From the NCBI GenBank assembly GCA_021324735.1, contig JAJPIO010000009.1, positions 450,510 through 514,509 of the forward strand: 64,000 bases of DNA, written 5' to 3'. Shown piece after piece: positions 8,749 through 20,249 of this stretch. This DNA is from Bacteroidota bacterium (GTDB lineage Bacteria > Bacteroidota > Ignavibacteria > Palsa-1295). The notes beneath the pieces were generated by a model, which was not told where the DNA came from, searched no databases, and saw only the letters and a program-made list of their open reading frames with translations. The translations under genes were made by a program, and so were the position numbers. Each line of letters opens with the position of its first letter. Within the stretch, counting starts at the first letter, position 1.

Positions 8749-10188
8749 TTGGTTCGTGTAAGATTCGCTCCTTCTCCCACTGGGTACGTCCATGTCGGTT
8801 CGCTGCGTACCGCGTTATACTGTTACCTTTTTGCCCGGCGTCATAGCGGTGTAAATATTCTCCGAATAGAAGATACCGATCGCACACGCTATGTTGAAGG
8901 CGCTGTTGAGAATCTGCTTCGAACCATGGAGTGGGCCGGGATCGGCTTTGATGAAGGCCCGATCGAAGGTGGTGCGTGCGGACCCTACGTTCAATCCGAA
9001 CGCACCGAATTATATCGCGAGCACGCTAACCAGCTCATTGCAAACGGACATGCCTATGTCTGTTTCTGCACACCCGAGCGATTAGATACCGTTCGCAAAT
9101 CGCAGCAAGCTGCCGGCATTCCACCTATGTACGATCGGCATTGCCGTAATCTTTCCAAGGAAGAGGTAGATAGCAGGGTTGCTGCCGGAGAGCCGCATGT
9201 TGTTCGCCTGCGCGTACCCATTGGTGAAATGGTCCGCTTTCATGATATGATCCGCGATGACGTGGAATTCGATTCGCGCACGATCGACGATCAGGTGCTT
9301 TTGAAGTCCGATGGATTTCCGACCTATCATCTTGCAAATATCGTCGACGATCACTATATGCAAGTGACGCATGTAATTCGCGGTGAAGAATGGCTATCTT
9401 CGACGCCAAAACATGTTTTGCTCTATCAGGCATTTGGCTGGGAGCCGCCGAAGTTTGCACACCTGCCGTTACTACTGAATGCGGATCGTTCAAAACTCTC
9501 GAAGCGGCAGGGCGATGTGGCAGTAGAAGATTATAGGGACAAAGGCTATCTTCCGCAGGCCCTTATCAATTTCGTTGCTTTGCTTGGCTGGAATCCAAGC
9601 GCGACGGAAGAGATATTCTCGATGGACGAGCTTATCCGCCAGTTCGATCTCGAGCGAGTAAATAAAGCCGGTGCGGTATTCAACCGGGAAAAGCTCGATT
9701 GGATGAATGGCGAGTACATCCGCAAGATGACTCCGGAAGAATTATTGCCGCTTGTTCGTCCGCTTCTGGAAAAACGCAATTTTGTTGCGAGTGATGAGTA
9801 TGTATGCTCTGTCATCAAGCTCATGCAGGAGCGCGTCCGTACGCTGTGGGATTTCGTTGATTTTGCAAGCTACTTCTATATTACGCCTGACTTCACAACG
9901 GCGGATGAAAAATATAAGTCGAAGCACTGGACCCCGCAGGCAAAAGAACATCTCGGTGCGTTGCTTCCTAAATTAGAATCACTCGAGACCTGGAATCATG
10001 ACTCGATCGAGGCAGCTGTTCGCGAATATGCGGAAGCGAATGGTATGGGTGCGGGAAAGCTTATTCACCCGATTCGCCTGGCAGTAACGGGACGAGGTAT
10101 GGGACCGGGACTCTTTGAACTACTTGCTGTGCTTGGCAAGCAGGAGTGTGTTACACGCATTCAGCACGCACTGACATCGTTAGCGTGA
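8749..10188 (+). CDS. gltX: Glutamate--tRNA ligase
   Basis: RVRFAPSPTG, HVGS (HIGH-like), LRIEDTD, HVIRGEEW and KLSKR motifs. Confidence 0.97.
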   Translation: MVRVRFAPSPTGYVHVGSLRTALYCYLFARRHSGVNILRIEDTDRTRYVEGAVENLLRTMEWAGIGFDEGPIEGGACGPYVQSERTELYREHANQLIANGHAYVCFCTPERLDTVRKSQQAAGIPPMYDRHCRNLSKEEVDSRVAAGEPHVVRLRVPIGEMVRFHDMIRDDVEFDSRTIDDQVLLKSDGFPTYHLANIVDDHYMQVTHVIRGEEWLSSTPKHVLLYQAFGWEPPKFAHLPLLLNADRSKLSKRQGDVAVEDYRDKGYLPQALINFVALLGWNPSATEEIFSMDELIRQFDLERVNKAGAVFNREKLDWMNGEYIRKMTPEELLPLVRPLLEKRNFVASDEYVCSVIKLMQERVRTLWDFVDFASYFYITPDFTTADEKYKSKHWTPQAKEHLGALLPKLESLETWNHDSIEAAVREYAEANGMGAGKLIHPIRLAVTGRGMGPGLFELLAVLGKQECVTRIQHALTSLA

Positions 10189-10191
10189 GCG

Positions 10192-10503
10192 TTATACCTG
10201 GATCGTGTCGTTAAGTTTGCGCGACATTAATGCTGAGAGAAACGAGTGTAGGTCCTCGCCATCCTTCTCATTTAACCATGCATCGCCGCTCCAATTAAAG
10301 CGATGGCCGCCATAGTTAGCCGAGACCCATAGCTGTTCGAGCGGCGACTGCGGTGTGATCACGATCTTCTCACCATCCTCGAATTCAATATCGAGGACAT
10401 CGCCTTTGCGTTCGAAATCGAATTCCGAACCTGAATCGACCAGATCACCAAGTTTTATTTCAAGAGTTCGAACGGTATTGTCGTAGGTTTGAGAGAAGTT
10501 CAT
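10192..10503 (-). CDS. cyaY: Frataxin-like iron donor protein
   Basis: Acidic 103-aa protein with GDVLDIEFEDG..IVI..Q.P..QLWVS...GGHRF. Confidence 0.85.
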   Translation of the reverse strand: MNFSQTYDNTVRTLEIKLGDLVDSGSEFDFERKGDVLDIEFEDGEKIVITPQSPLEQLWVSANYGGHRFNWSGDAWLNEKDGEDLHSFLSALMSRKLNDTIQV

Positions 10504-10520
10504 AATTGCTCCCTAATAAA

Positions 10521-13499
10521 CTAGTCCACAGGTAAACCCAATTCTTTTCGCAAAAAGAAAGCAGTATGACTTCCGGACTTACTGAATCGATTTGCAAGAT
10601 CCTCCGGCGTTCCTTGATCGACAATACGTCCACCGCCGGAGCCGCCTTCGGGTCCAAGATCGACGACCCAGTCAGCCATTTTTATTACATCGAGGTTATG
10701 TTCAATAACTACTACGGTATTGCCTCGTGCTCGTAATTCGAGGAGCACGGATAAAAGCTGCTTGATATCTTCGAAGTGAAGTCCGGTCGTTGGTTCGTCG
10801 AGAATGTAGAGTGTTTTACCAGTCGCTACTTTTGAAAGTTCAGTCGCTAGTTTAACGCGCTGTGCTTCACCGCCGGAGAGTGTCGGTGCTTGCTGTCCTA
10901 AACGAATATATCCAAGCCCAACGGCTGAAAGCGTTGACAGCTTTCGCTTAATGCGTGGAATTTCCGAGAAAAATTCTTCCGCTTCTGTAACGCTCATTGC
11001 GAGTACATCGGCAATGGACTTGCCCTTGTAATGCACTTCGAGCGTCTCACGATTATATCGTTTACCGCGACACACATCGCAGGTGACGTACACATCGGGC
11101 AGGAAATTCATCTCGATCTTTTTGACGCCATCACCTTCACATGCTTCGCAGCGTCCGCTCTTAACGTTGAAAGAGAACCGGCCTACCTTATAACCGCGAA
11201 TGTTTGATTCTGGTAAAGAAGCAAAGAAATCTCGAATGTATGTGAACAGCCCGGTATAGGTTGCTGGATTAGAGCGCGGGGTACGGCCAATAGGCGATTG
11301 ATCGATCTCAATAACTTTATCGATAAGGTCGAGTCCCTCGATCTTCTTGTGAGGAAGCGGGACAACATGCGAGCTATAAAAATGCCTATTCAGGATCGGC
11401 GCTAACGTCTCATTGATAAGCGTCGATTTACCCGAACCCGATACTCCCGTGATGCAGGTAAACGTACCAAGCGGAATCGTGAGTGTGATGTTTTTGAGGT
11501 TGTTACCGGTTGCCCCTTCCAGGACGATCTCTTTTCCCTTTTTAGACTTTTGACGCTCCTTAGGAATTTCGAGCGAAGCGTTTCCCGAAAGATACCGGGC
11601 AGTAGGTGAATCCGCTCCAATGAAGAACTGGTCTGACCCGTTAGTCCCCACCGTCCCGCGATAAAAAAGCGATGGGGGACCATAAGCAACAAGCTTTCCT
11701 CCATATTCACCAGCGCGAGGCCCAATATCAGCGAGGATATCTGCCGACTCCATCATTTCACGGTCGTGCTCTACGACGACGACTGTATTGCCGAGGTCTC
11801 GAAGCTGCTCGAGGGAGTGAATAAGCCTGCGGTTATCGCGCTGGTGTAGCCCAATGCTCGGTTCGTCTAATATATAGAGCACGCCAACGAGTTGCGTGCC
11901 GATCTGTGTCGCAAGGCGAATACGCTGTGATTCACCGCCCGAAAGCGAGCGTGCCGAGCGGTCGAGCGATAAATACGATAGACCAACCTGCAACAGAAAA
12001 TCAATTCTTGGGATGATCTCACGCAAGATCGGTTCGGCAATCGTTTGCTTCATTCCATCGAATGTGAGCGAACGGAAATACTCGATAGTATTACCCAAGG
12101 ACATTGTGACGATGTCCTGAACGTTCTTGCCGGCGACGCGAATGGCCAGGTTTTCCGGCTTCAATCTTCCGCCATTGCAGACAGGACAGACATTGGAAGC
12201 CATAAACTCTTCGGCCCAACCACGCTGTGCCTCAGAACCAGATTCACCATACCAATATCGAAGCGTTTCGATGACGCCTGCCCAACGGGTTTTATACTTC
12301 GATGTTCTTCCACTATCAGAAGTCCACACGACATCCAGCTTTTCCTTGCCGGAGCCGTTCAGTAGCATGTCATAAACTTTCGGCGGAAGAGACTTTATGG
12401 GCGCTGAAAGGTCGCACTTAAAATGTTGGAATACCGCTTCCACCTGCGCCCATAGCCAATTTTTGCGCTGCTTGCCAAGAGGTATCACACCGCCCTCCGC
12501 AACTGATACGGAAGGGTCAGGAATAATTAGCTCGAGTACGAAGTCTTTTTTCTCGCCCAGCCCATGACAGGCCGGGCACGCGTTCGCAGGAGAGTTAAAA
12601 GAAAAAGTGTTTGGCTGTGGCTCTTCATAGGAACGACCACAATTCGGGCAACTATATTTTTCACTAAAGAGTACGTCTTCGGCTGGTTGGCCGGGTGGAA
12701 TGATCTCGGCACTGATCGTGCCTTTGCTCATTTTGAGCGCTGTTTCCACTGAAGCTGTGAGACGTTCGCGAACGGCGTCCTGCAGCACGAGCCGGTCGAT
12801 GACGATCTCAATCGTGTGTGCTTTATAGCGGTCGAGCTCGAGACCGTCGAAAATATCCTTTAGCTCGTGATCGATTCGAGCGCGGGTAAATCCTTGCCGT
12901 AAGACGTCACGAAAGACATCTTTGAACTGGCCCTTGCGACCACGGACCAACGGAGCATAAATAGTGATCTTTGTACCATCGGGGTGCTTGAGCAAAGCAT
13001 CAATGATCTGATCGACCGTCTGTTTGGTAACCGGTAGATTGCAATCGACGCAATACTGCGTGCCAGTCCTCGCAAAGAGGAGTCGGATGAAATCATAGAT
13101 CTCGGTTACCGTGCCGACGGTCGAGCGAGGGGTAGAGCCTATGGTCTTTTGGTCGATCGAAATAGCAGGGGAGAGCCCTTCAATGTAATCGACATCCGGG
13201 CGCTCCATCATGTCGAGAAACTGGCGGGCATACGGCGAAAGGGACTCGACATACCGCCGCTGGCCCTCGGCATAGATCGTATCGAACGCAAGCGAAGACT
13301 TCCCCGAACCGGAAATGCCGGTAATTACTACCAGCTTCTCACGAGGAATATCGACATCCAGGCCTCGAAGATTGTGGACGCGCGCTCCGCGAACCACAAT
13401 GGATTCACTATTCGAAAGGTCGAGGGCACGCGCTGGTATGCCGTTGTCCGCCACCAGTGTTTCATTCTTAGAGGTATCTTTCTTTGTTCGCTTGGCCAA
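10521..13499 (-). CDS. uvrA: Excinuclease ABC subunit A (copy 1)
   Basis: Two ABC cassettes (GISGSGKS / [17 protein letters not shown]), zinc-finger CxxC pairs and [10 protein letters not shown]. Confidence 0.97.
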   Translation of the reverse strand: MAKRTKKDTSKNETLVADNGIPARALDLSNSESIVVRGARVHNLRGLDVDIPREKLVVITGISGSGKSSLAFDTIYAEGQRRYVESLSPYARQFLDMMERPDVDYIEGLSPAISIDQKTIGSTPRSTVGTVTEIYDFIRLLFARTGTQYCVDCNLPVTKQTVDQIIDALLKHPDGTKITIYAPLVRGRKGQFKDVFRDVLRQGFTRARIDHELKDIFDGLELDRYKAHTIEIVIDRLVLQDAVRERLTASVETALKMSKGTISAEIIPPGQPAEDVLFSEKYSCPNCGRSYEEPQPNTFSFNSPANACPACHGLGEKKDFVLELIIPDPSVSVAEGGVIPLGKQRKNWLWAQVEAVFQHFKCDLSAPIKSLPPKVYDMLLNGSGKEKLDVVWTSDSGRTSKYKTRWAGVIETLRYWYGESGSEAQRGWAEEFMASNVCPVCNGGRLKPENLAIRVAGKNVQDIVTMSLGNTIEYFRSLTFDGMKQTIAEPILREIIPRIDFLLQVGLSYLSLDRSARSLSGGESQRIRLATQIGTQLVGVLYILDEPSIGLHQRDNRRLIHSLEQLRDLGNTVVVVEHDREMMESADILADIGPRAGEYGGKLVAYGPPSLFYRGTVGTNGSDQFFIGADSPTARYLSGNASLEIPKERQKSKKGKEIVLEGATGNNLKNITLTIPLGTFTCITGVSGSGKSTLINETLAPILNRHFYSSHVVPLPHKKIEGLDLIDKVIEIDQSPIGRTPRSNPATYTGLFTYIRDFFASLPESNIRGYKVGRFSFNVKSGRCEACEGDGVKKIEMNFLPDVYVTCDVCRGKRYNRETLEVHYKGKSIADVLAMSVTEAEEFFSEIPRIKRKLSTLSAVGLGYIRLGQQAPTLSGGEAQRVKLATELSKVATGKTLYILDEPTTGLHFEDIKQLLSVLLELRARGNTVVVIEHNLDVIKMADWVVDLGPEGGSGGGRIVDQGTPEDLANRFSKSGSHTAFFLRKELGLPVD

Positions 13500-13666
13500 T
13501 GTTTTGACGGTATGAAAGCGCTGTTATGCGCTCCTATATCAGCCATTTCGTAGGCTGGTTTTGGACAACAGGACAGAAATTTGGTTGGTTGCGAATCCAG
13601 CATTAAGAAGTAAATGGAACTATCAACGGCTGCAAATTCTTTGGAAGCGCGACTGAACAAGAACCA

Positions 13667-14656
13667 GTGACCGTCTCTGCCCGGAAACGACTTCAACCCC
13701 AGCCGCCCTCGGCCAACGGCAGAGTCTTTTCCTCCTCCGACCGCCGGGATCTTTTAACGATCGAGGCCCTGCCTGCTGAAACGATAATCGGTCTTCTCGA
13801 CCGTAGTGATGAGTATCTTAAGAGCTTAATAGCGACCGGTCCCTTTCAAAAGTCAAAGCTGCTGGAAGGCCGGACTATCGTTAATCTCTTCTTTGAGAAT
13901 TCAACGCGCACACGAACATCGTTCGAATTGGCTGAGCGACGGCTCGGAGGTGATGCCGTCACTATTTCACCGGCAGCAAGTAGCCTTACAAAGGGCGAAT
14001 CTATTTTAGATACGGTTCATGTACTGGAGGCAATGAAGGTCGATGCCTTTGTTGTGCGACATAGCGCATCCGGTGTTCCGGCATTTCTTGCAAAGCATCT
14101 GCCGCCCCATGTGCATGTCATCAACGCTGGTGATGGAGCGCACGAACATCCTACTCAAGCCTTACTCGATGCTGCCGAGCTCCGCGCCGCCCTGGGAAAT
14201 TTGCGAGGTAAGCGCATCGCCATTGTTGGGGATATAACACATTCTCGGGTGGCCCGCTCGAATATGTGGCTCTTAAAGAAACTGGGTGTGCACGTTACGC
14301 TTGTTGGACCGGAGACGCTATTGCCCCCAAGTGTGGGAGAGGTTTTCGGTGTCGCCGTTTCCCATAATATCGAATCTGTGCTCGCCGAAAGCGATGCTAT
14401 CATTGCGTTGCGTATTCAACTCGAACGGCAATCGCGTGGATTATTCCCTTCGATCGAAGAATACCGTGAACGTTATGGGTTAACAATTCAGCGTCTCGCG
14501 CGGACACGAGCGATCATCCTGCATCCCGGACCCGTGAACGTTGGAATCGAACTCGATCATGAGATCGCCTCACACGATCGTTCGTTTATGCTTCGGCAAG
14601 TAAAGCGTGGTGTCGCCGTGCGTATGGCTGTGCTCGAATGGATATTTTCTAATTAA
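13667..14656 (+). CDS. pyrB: Aspartate carbamoyltransferase catalytic subunit
   Basis: FFENSTRTRTSF, INAGDG.HEHPTQALLD, GDITHSRVARS and HPGP motifs. Confidence 0.96.
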   Translation: MTVSARKRLQPQPPSANGRVFSSSDRRDLLTIEALPAETIIGLLDRSDEYLKSLIATGPFQKSKLLEGRTIVNLFFENSTRTRTSFELAERRLGGDAVTISPAASSLTKGESILDTVHVLEAMKVDAFVVRHSASGVPAFLAKHLPPHVHVINAGDGAHEHPTQALLDAAELRAALGNLRGKRIAIVGDITHSRVARSNMWLLKKLGVHVTLVGPETLLPPSVGEVFGVAVSHNIESVLAESDAIIALRIQLERQSRGLFPSIEEYRERYGLTIQRLARTRAIILHPGPVNVGIELDHEIASHDRSFMLRQVKRGVAVRMAVLEWIFSN

Positions 14657-14665
14657 AAATTACGG

Positions 14666-15940
14666 ATGGATCTACTGCTTCGGAACGCTCACCTTGTCGA
14701 TCCTTCGCTGGGTCTCGACGCAACTGGAATGGACGTTGAGATACTCGGTGGGGTTATTACGCGGATTGGTAAGTCCCTTCAGTCATCGGCAGAGGTTTGC
14801 GATCTGAATGGCGCTGTCGTAGCTCCCGGTTTTTTTGATATGCACGTTCACCTGCGTGAACCTGGGCAGGAATACAAAGAGACGATCGCGACCGGACTAA
14901 CTGCGGCCGCTGCCGGCGGTTTTACCGGCATCTGTTGCATGCCGAATACCGAGCCTTCGATTTCCGATCCATTTGTTGTAAGCTACATTAAAGAACGAGC
15001 GGCAGGACATTTAGTCGATCTGGTGATCTGTGGGACGATGACGAAGGGTCGTAAAGGCGAAGAGCTTGCACCAATGGCGGCATTGGTAGATGCGGGAGTA
15101 AAGATGATCTCAGATGACGGCGGAGCCGTTCGTAGCGCCGAGGTCATGCGTCGTGTGTTCGAATATGCAAAGATGTTCGATCTACTCGTTACTCAGCATT
15201 GTGAAGAGCACTCGATGACGGCGGGCGCGGCGATGAACGAAGGCCATACTTCTACAAAGCTTGGAATTCCTGGTTGGCCGGCGGTTGCCGAAGATATCAT
15301 TGTGGCCCGCGATATTCTGCTGGCGGAGTATGTAGGCAATGTCCGTTATCATGCAGCACATTTGAGTACTAAGGGTTCAGTGCGATTGGTGCGGGAAGCA
15401 AAAGGTCGAGGTGCAACAGTGTCTTGCGAAGTGACACCACATCATTTTATGTTGACCGACCAAGCCGTCGAAAAGCATGGTACGATGGCGAAGATGAACC
15501 CTCCACTCCGCGCAGAAGACGACATTAATGCAATTATTGAAGGCTTGCAGGATGGCACGATCGATTGCATTGCGACCGATCATGCACCGCATGCAATGCA
15601 TGAAAAAGAGACCGATATTGTAAGCGCGTCGTTCGGTATTATTGGTCTTGAGACTGCTATTCCAATTGGTCTTACTTATCTGGTAAAACCGGGACATTTA
15701 TCGCTCTCTCAATATATCGAGAAGTGTTCGATCAACCCACGCAAAGCTCTTAAACTACCGGCGGTCCAAATAAAAGAGAAGGAAAGAGCTAATCTCACGA
15801 TCTTTGATCCCCATAAGACATGGCGATTTGAGGAAAGTGACATTCGGTCGAAGTCCAAAAACACACCGTTCGTGGGTGAAGAATTTACAGGTAAAGTCAT
15901 TGGGACGATCAATAACGACCATGCGTATTGGTCAAATTGA
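14666..15940 (+). CDS. pyrC: Dihydroorotase
   Basis: DMHVHLREPG, MPNT, EVTPHH, KMNPPLR, ATDHAPH and SKSKNTPF motifs. Confidence 0.95.
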   Translation: MDLLLRNAHLVDPSLGLDATGMDVEILGGVITRIGKSLQSSAEVCDLNGAVVAPGFFDMHVHLREPGQEYKETIATGLTAAAAGGFTGICCMPNTEPSISDPFVVSYIKERAAGHLVDLVICGTMTKGRKGEELAPMAALVDAGVKMISDDGGAVRSAEVMRRVFEYAKMFDLLVTQHCEEHSMTAGAAMNEGHTSTKLGIPGWPAVAEDIIVARDILLAEYVGNVRYHAAHLSTKGSVRLVREAKGRGATVSCEVTPHHFMLTDQAVEKHGTMAKMNPPLRAEDDINAIIEGLQDGTIDCIATDHAPHAMHEKETDIVSASFGIIGLETAIPIGLTYLVKPGHLSLSQYIEKCSINPRKALKLPAVQIKEKERANLTIFDPHKTWRFEESDIRSKSKNTPFVGEEFTGKVIGTINNDHAYWSN

Positions 15941-15969
15941 GCGGGGGAACGAGAGCTAATCGAAGAATG

Positions 15970-15990
15970 TATTAAGACTCAGTCTTAATA
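15970..15990. promoter_or_regulatory. Candidate Fur-family operator (perfect 10-1-10 palindrome)
   Basis: TATTAAGACT-C-AGTCTTAATA, 6 nt upstream of the fur ATG. Confidence 0.7.
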
Positions 15991-15996
15991 AGGATT

Positions 15997-16602
15997 ATGA
16001 AGACCTCCGCTTCCTCCACAACTAAAAAGCGTCCGCCCGCCCTCCGAAGAGAGCAGCAGGGGCCGCACGAACACTTCCGCAAATTCCTGCAGGAAGGGCA
16101 GTATCGTATTACGCCCGAACGCTTTGACGTTCTCGACGCCGTGCTTGCATGGGACGATCACTTCGATGCCGACAATCTTTTCATTTATCTTAAGAACAAC
16201 GGTTCGAAAGTCTCTCGCGCAACAGTCTACAAGACCTTGGCACTCTTGCATGAATGCGGGCTCGTTTCTCGATACCGTTTCTCTCAGGGACACGCTCAAT
16301 ATGAGAAAACGACCGATCGTCCGCACCACGATCACATGGTCTGTACTAAATGTGGTAAGATCGTGGAGTTCGAAAATTCACGCGTCGAGCGATTACAGGA
16401 TGATGCCTGTGCCCAGTTCGGCTTTACGCCGATGTATCACTCCTTTCAAATATTTGGTATTTGCCTCGAATGTCGCACGGCTGGTACCAATGCAACCACA
16501 CGGAACCATGCAGTCCAACAGCAGGGTGTAACCGGCATTCCCGGTTCCGGCGGAGTGCTTCCGCTCAAAGCAGTGAAAGAGCAGCACTCGAAAGAGTCGT
16601 GA
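15997..16602 (+). CDS. fur: Fur family transcriptional regulator
   Basis: RITPER, HFDAD, SRATVYKTL, HHDHMVCTKCG and GICLEC motifs. Confidence 0.88.
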   Translation: MKTSASSTTKKRPPALRREQQGPHEHFRKFLQEGQYRITPERFDVLDAVLAWDDHFDADNLFIYLKNNGSKVSRATVYKTLALLHECGLVSRYRFSQGHAQYEKTTDRPHHDHMVCTKCGKIVEFENSRVERLQDDACAQFGFTPMYHSFQIFGICLECRTAGTNATTRNHAVQQQGVTGIPGSGGVLPLKAVKEQHSKES

Positions 16603-16689
16603 TTATTATTTCAGCCCTGATGTTCGCGAAGCCAAGCCGGCAGTATACACAAGCGCCTGTTTTATAGATTCTTGAAGTATTATTCTCCC

Positions 16690-17880
16690 ATGACACGAAT
16701 TCTTGCAATTCTGATCTTGATCGTTCTTCCACTTTCGGTATTCGGGCAGGCTACGGCGCCTACACCCATTACTGACACATCAAAAAAATCGTCGACATGG
16801 TCGCTATCTACGATCCATATTGCGCCGATGTATCGATTTTCGATCCAGGATAATGCGATGATTGACTCTGCGAAGCAATTTCGTGGACCACAGCCATTAC
16901 CAGATTCGTGCTATTATCCAGGCGAGAAACATCTTAAGAATATTCGCCAATATACCTTTGAAGGAGAGAATGCGGAGGCTTATTTAAGCCCTGATGATAA
17001 ATACATCTCATTTCAGGCGCATGGTAAAAATCCGAATACATGCGATCAGATCTATTGGATGCCATTCGATGGGAGTTATGTAAAACGAATTTCTCCAGGT
17101 ACGGGCCGGACTACCTGTTCTTACATTTATCCTGGCGATGGCGTCGTCTTGTATGCGTCTACCATGGCAATGTATGACGCTTGTCCACCACAACCGGATT
17201 TTTCAAACGGATATGTGTGGCCTCTCTATAAAGGATATGACATCTATCTTTCGGATACGAATGGCACACTGGTGGCCCGACTAATGAAGGATACCGAATA
17301 TTACGATGCGGAAGCAACGATCGCACCAGATGGCCGTCACATTGTATTTACAAGTACCCGTTCCGGAGACATCGATCTGTTTTCGATGAACCTTAATGGT
17401 ACTGGTATTAAACAGCTGACGCATGAAGAAGGGTACGATGGAGGCGCATTTTATTCGCCTGATAGCAAAGAGATCGTGTATCGTGCTTCACGTCCGAAGG
17501 GTAAAGGGTTAAAAGAGTATCGTGAGCTTTTGAAACAAGGCCTTGTCAAACCTCATACACTTGAAATTTATGTGATGAATGCGGATGGTTCGCGCAAACG
17601 ACAAGTAACACATCTGGGCGGAGCCAGCTTTGCACCCTTCTTTGCACCCGATGGCCAGCATATTATTTTTTCGTCCAACTATCTCGATCCGAATGGACGG
17701 AATTTCGATCTTTTTATGATCAAGAAGGACGGTACCGGTCTCGAGCGTATTACTTATGGTGGTGGCTTTAACAGCTTTCCGATGTTCACGAAGGACGGCA
17801 AGCATCTTATCTTCTGCTCGAACCGTAATGGCTCCCATCCGCACAATACCAATATTTTCGTCGCTGATTGGGTAGACTAA
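16690..17880 (+). CDS. Secreted TolB-like PD40 beta-propeller protein
   Basis: Signal peptide; ENAEAY.SPD, YDAEAT..PDG, GYDGGAFYSPD and APFFAPDG WD40-like repeats. Confidence 0.85.
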   Translation: MTRILAILILIVLPLSVFGQATAPTPITDTSKKSSTWSLSTIHIAPMYRFSIQDNAMIDSAKQFRGPQPLPDSCYYPGEKHLKNIRQYTFEGENAEAYLSPDDKYISFQAHGKNPNTCDQIYWMPFDGSYVKRISPGTGRTTCSYIYPGDGVVLYASTMAMYDACPPQPDFSNGYVWPLYKGYDIYLSDTNGTLVARLMKDTEYYDAEATIAPDGRHIVFTSTRSGDIDLFSMNLNGTGIKQLTHEEGYDGGAFYSPDSKEIVYRASRPKGKGLKEYRELLKQGLVKPHTLEIYVMNADGSRKRQVTHLGGASFAPFFAPDGQHIIFSSNYLDPNGRNFDLFMIKKDGTGLERITYGGGFNSFPMFTKDGKHLIFCSNRNGSHPHNTNIFVADWVD

Positions 17881-17927
17881 GCCGTTCGAACAACCTAAAA
17901 GTCGCAACACGTTTAATGTAGTATTAC

Positions 17928-19106
17928 ATGAGAGTATCGTATATCCTTGTTCTTCGTCCGTTATTAAGATTAAGTCTTTATAGCACCCTGGTCTTTATTG
18001 TACCTTCGCAAACGGTTCGTGCACAATCCTCAGAAGATTCGATTCCATCTACATCTCTTCAAAACTTTCTTGATAAAACCCATATCGGCGGGTATGGAGA
18101 GATCACATACAAAGCTCCGAATGAAGGCGATGTCCCTCGATTAGATATACCGCGTTTCGTAATTTATCTCGATCATTATTTCTCCGATAAATGGGCAATG
18201 AAATCCGAGACGGAGATCGAGCACGTTAAACTCGAACGTGGTGAGGGCGGAGAGATCGGTCTCGAGCAAGCATTTTTAGATTACCACGCCAATTCACATA
18301 TTGGGTGGCGGACCGGATTGCTTCTTATTCCGATGGGTATTATCAATCAAACCCACGAGCCGAACACGTTCTATAGTGTGGAACGACCACAGTTCGACGA
18401 GCAGGTAATTCCGACGACCTGGCGTGAGATCGGAACCGGTGTGTATGGTGATCTCAGCGAAGGCCTGAAATATCAATTATATGTAACAGAAGGTCTAAAG
18501 ACGCAAGAGATAACCTCCGAAGGACTTGATGGCGGGAAGCAGGAGGGGTCTGCCGGAGAAGAAACATCGGATTTCATGGCGGGTAGTGATGCTTCACATC
18601 CCGCGCTCTCGGCGAAACTCGAAGTATTGCCGTTTGCGGGGTTGCGGATTGGTGCATCCACATATATTGAGCCTGGTTATACCCACGATATATCACGATC
18701 ATTTTTCATGAGCGTTCTGGACGCACGATATGAACATGGGCCACTCCATATTCGAGGCGAAGGAGGTGTTATCAACACGGGAGATGCCTCGGATTTTCCG
18801 CATGTACCAACAGGTGCTCGCGGAGGTTATGTTGAAGCCGCCTATAATGTGATGCCATTATTTTCGTCTGCGGAATCAGAATTGCTTCCGTTCGTGAGAG
18901 TGGAAAGAATAGAATTTTCGTCGCGAAGCGACACAACCGAAGCCAATTTTAGCACCGATCGTGACATTGACCGAAATACGATCACTGCAGGCCTGGCATT
19001 TAAGCCCCTCGATAATATTATTTTGAAAGCCGACTATCGGGTCACGAAAATCGAAGGAGAGCTTGATTATCGTCAATTTAGTTTAGGACTCGGATTTGCT
19101 TATTAA
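17928..19106 (+). CDS. Outer-membrane porin (OprO/OprP-like beta-barrel)
   Basis: Signal peptide; IGGYGE, RFVIY..H.F, E.EIEH, EQAFLDY, HEP..FYSVERP and IPTTWRE motifs; C-terminal LGLGFAY. Confidence 0.75.
   Translation: MRVSYILVLRPLLRLSLYSTLVFIVPSQTVRAQSSEDSIPSTSLQNFLDKTHIGGYGEITYKAPNEGDVPRLDIPRFVIYLDHYFSDKWAMKSETEIEHVKLERGEGGEIGLEQAFLDYHANSHIGWRTGLLLIPMGIINQTHEPNTFYSVERPQFDEQVIPTTWREIGTGVYGDLSEGLKYQLYVTEGLKTQEITSEGLDGGKQEGSAGEETSDFMAGSDASHPALSAKLEVLPFAGLRIGASTYIEPGYTHDISRSFFMSVLDARYEHGPLHIRGEGGVINTGDASDFPHVPTGARGGYVEAAYNVMPLFSSAESELLPFVRVERIEFSSRSDTTEANFSTDRDIDRNTITAGLAFKPLDNIILKADYRVTKIEGELDYRQFSLGLGFAY
17962..17982. promoter_or_regulatory. Second copy of candidate Fur-family operator
   Basis: TATTAAGATTAAGTCTTTATA, 18/21 identical to the 15970-15990 palindrome. 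Confidence 0.5.
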
Positions 19107-19110
19107 TCGA

Positions 19111-19650
19111 ATGCAGAGACTAATTATCGTTTGCCTCTTGGTAGGCTTTCCAGTATTGGCCAAGGCGCAGTCTATTGCGCAAAAGGCTGACGCTGCAATG
19201 CACAGAGTTTTTGGCGAGCAAGCAGTACTGACGAAGGAGACTCTTCCCATTGATCCACCAATGCGTTCAGCGGTCCAGAAGCGCTCGGAAGAAGAGGTCG
19301 GTGATAAAGTCATTGTGCATAAAGCGTTGAAAGACGGCAAGATAATCGGCTACGGCATCGTCGATGACGTTCGAGGCAAAGCTCAGCCCATTACCTATAT
19401 TACGTTGTTTCATCCTGATGGCAAAATTGCGGATGTAGAAGTTCTTGTTTATCGCGAGCCGTATGGTGGTGAAGTTGCCTATGAATCATTTCGCAAGCAA
19501 TTTCGAGGAAAGAGCTCGAACTCTCAGCTTCGTGTAGGCCATGATATACAAAACGTTGCCGGCGCTACGATCTCGAGCAAGGCGATCACATATGGAGCAA
19601 AAAAAATAGCCGTTCTCTTCGACGAGCTTAGGAAGGCCGGCAAATTATGA
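19111..19650 (+). CDS. Periplasmic FMN-binding (flavinylated) domain protein
   Basis: Signal peptide; V.VLVYREPYGGEV...F..QF.G and IQNVAGATISS (FMN_bind-type GAT motif). Confidence 0.85.
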   Translation: MQRLIIVCLLVGFPVLAKAQSIAQKADAAMHRVFGEQAVLTKETLPIDPPMRSAVQKRSEEEVGDKVIVHKALKDGKIIGYGIVDDVRGKAQPITYITLFHPDGKIADVEVLVYREPYGGEVAYESFRKQFRGKSSNSQLRVGHDIQNVAGATISSKAITYGAKKIAVLFDELRKAGKL

Positions 19651-20249
19651 GAGAAGCACGAACACTGCCGCTCCTTCGCAATCTACCCAAAGAAGCGCGC
19701 CTGTTTGCTGTTCTCATTATGACAGTGCTCGGCATTGGCTACGCTCATGCGCTCGCTTATGTCTATCAAACGACACGAATCGTACCTAAAGGTATAGAAG
19801 AGCGCTATCGTGGTACCGAGACTATTCAAAGTGATACATCACAGGCGGTTTTATCCAGTGAAGAGGCGGAGGATTCTTCGAACACCGCAGCCGTAACGCC
19901 CGAAGTTAAAACCATAACCGGTGAGATACAATACCAGAAGTCATTAGCAGAAATGCTGAATATTATTCACACGCATATTCTAACGATGACCTTTATCTTT
20001 GCTTTATCCGGGTTCTTAACATTGATGACAGATTCCATTTCCACACGTCTTCGAAAGTTTGTTATTATCGAGCCATTCATCGGTATTATTGTCACCTTTG
20101 CAGGACTATGGCTTATGCGATACGTTCATCCAGCTTTTAGCTGGCTCGTTAGTCTTTCTGGAACAGTGATGGCGCTTGCATTTGCTGGGCAATGTGTCGC
20201 GCTATTTAAAGAAGTTCGTCAGGCGCGGAAAGTGGGAGGTGTGCAATGA
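19647..20249 (+). CDS. Four-TM membrane protein with His residues (possible heme-b electron carrier)
   Basis: About 4 hydrophobic helices with GYAH and IIHTHIL; start/stop overlaps with both neighbours. Confidence 0.6.
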   Translation: MREARTLPLLRNLPKEARLFAVLIMTVLGIGYAHALAYVYQTTRIVPKGIEERYRGTETIQSDTSQAVLSSEEAEDSSNTAAVTPEVKTITGEIQYQKSLAEMLNIIHTHILTMTFIFALSGFLTLMTDSISTRLRKFVIIEPFIGIIVTFAGLWLMRYVHPAFSWLVSLSGTVMALAFAGQCVALFKEVRQARKVGGVQ

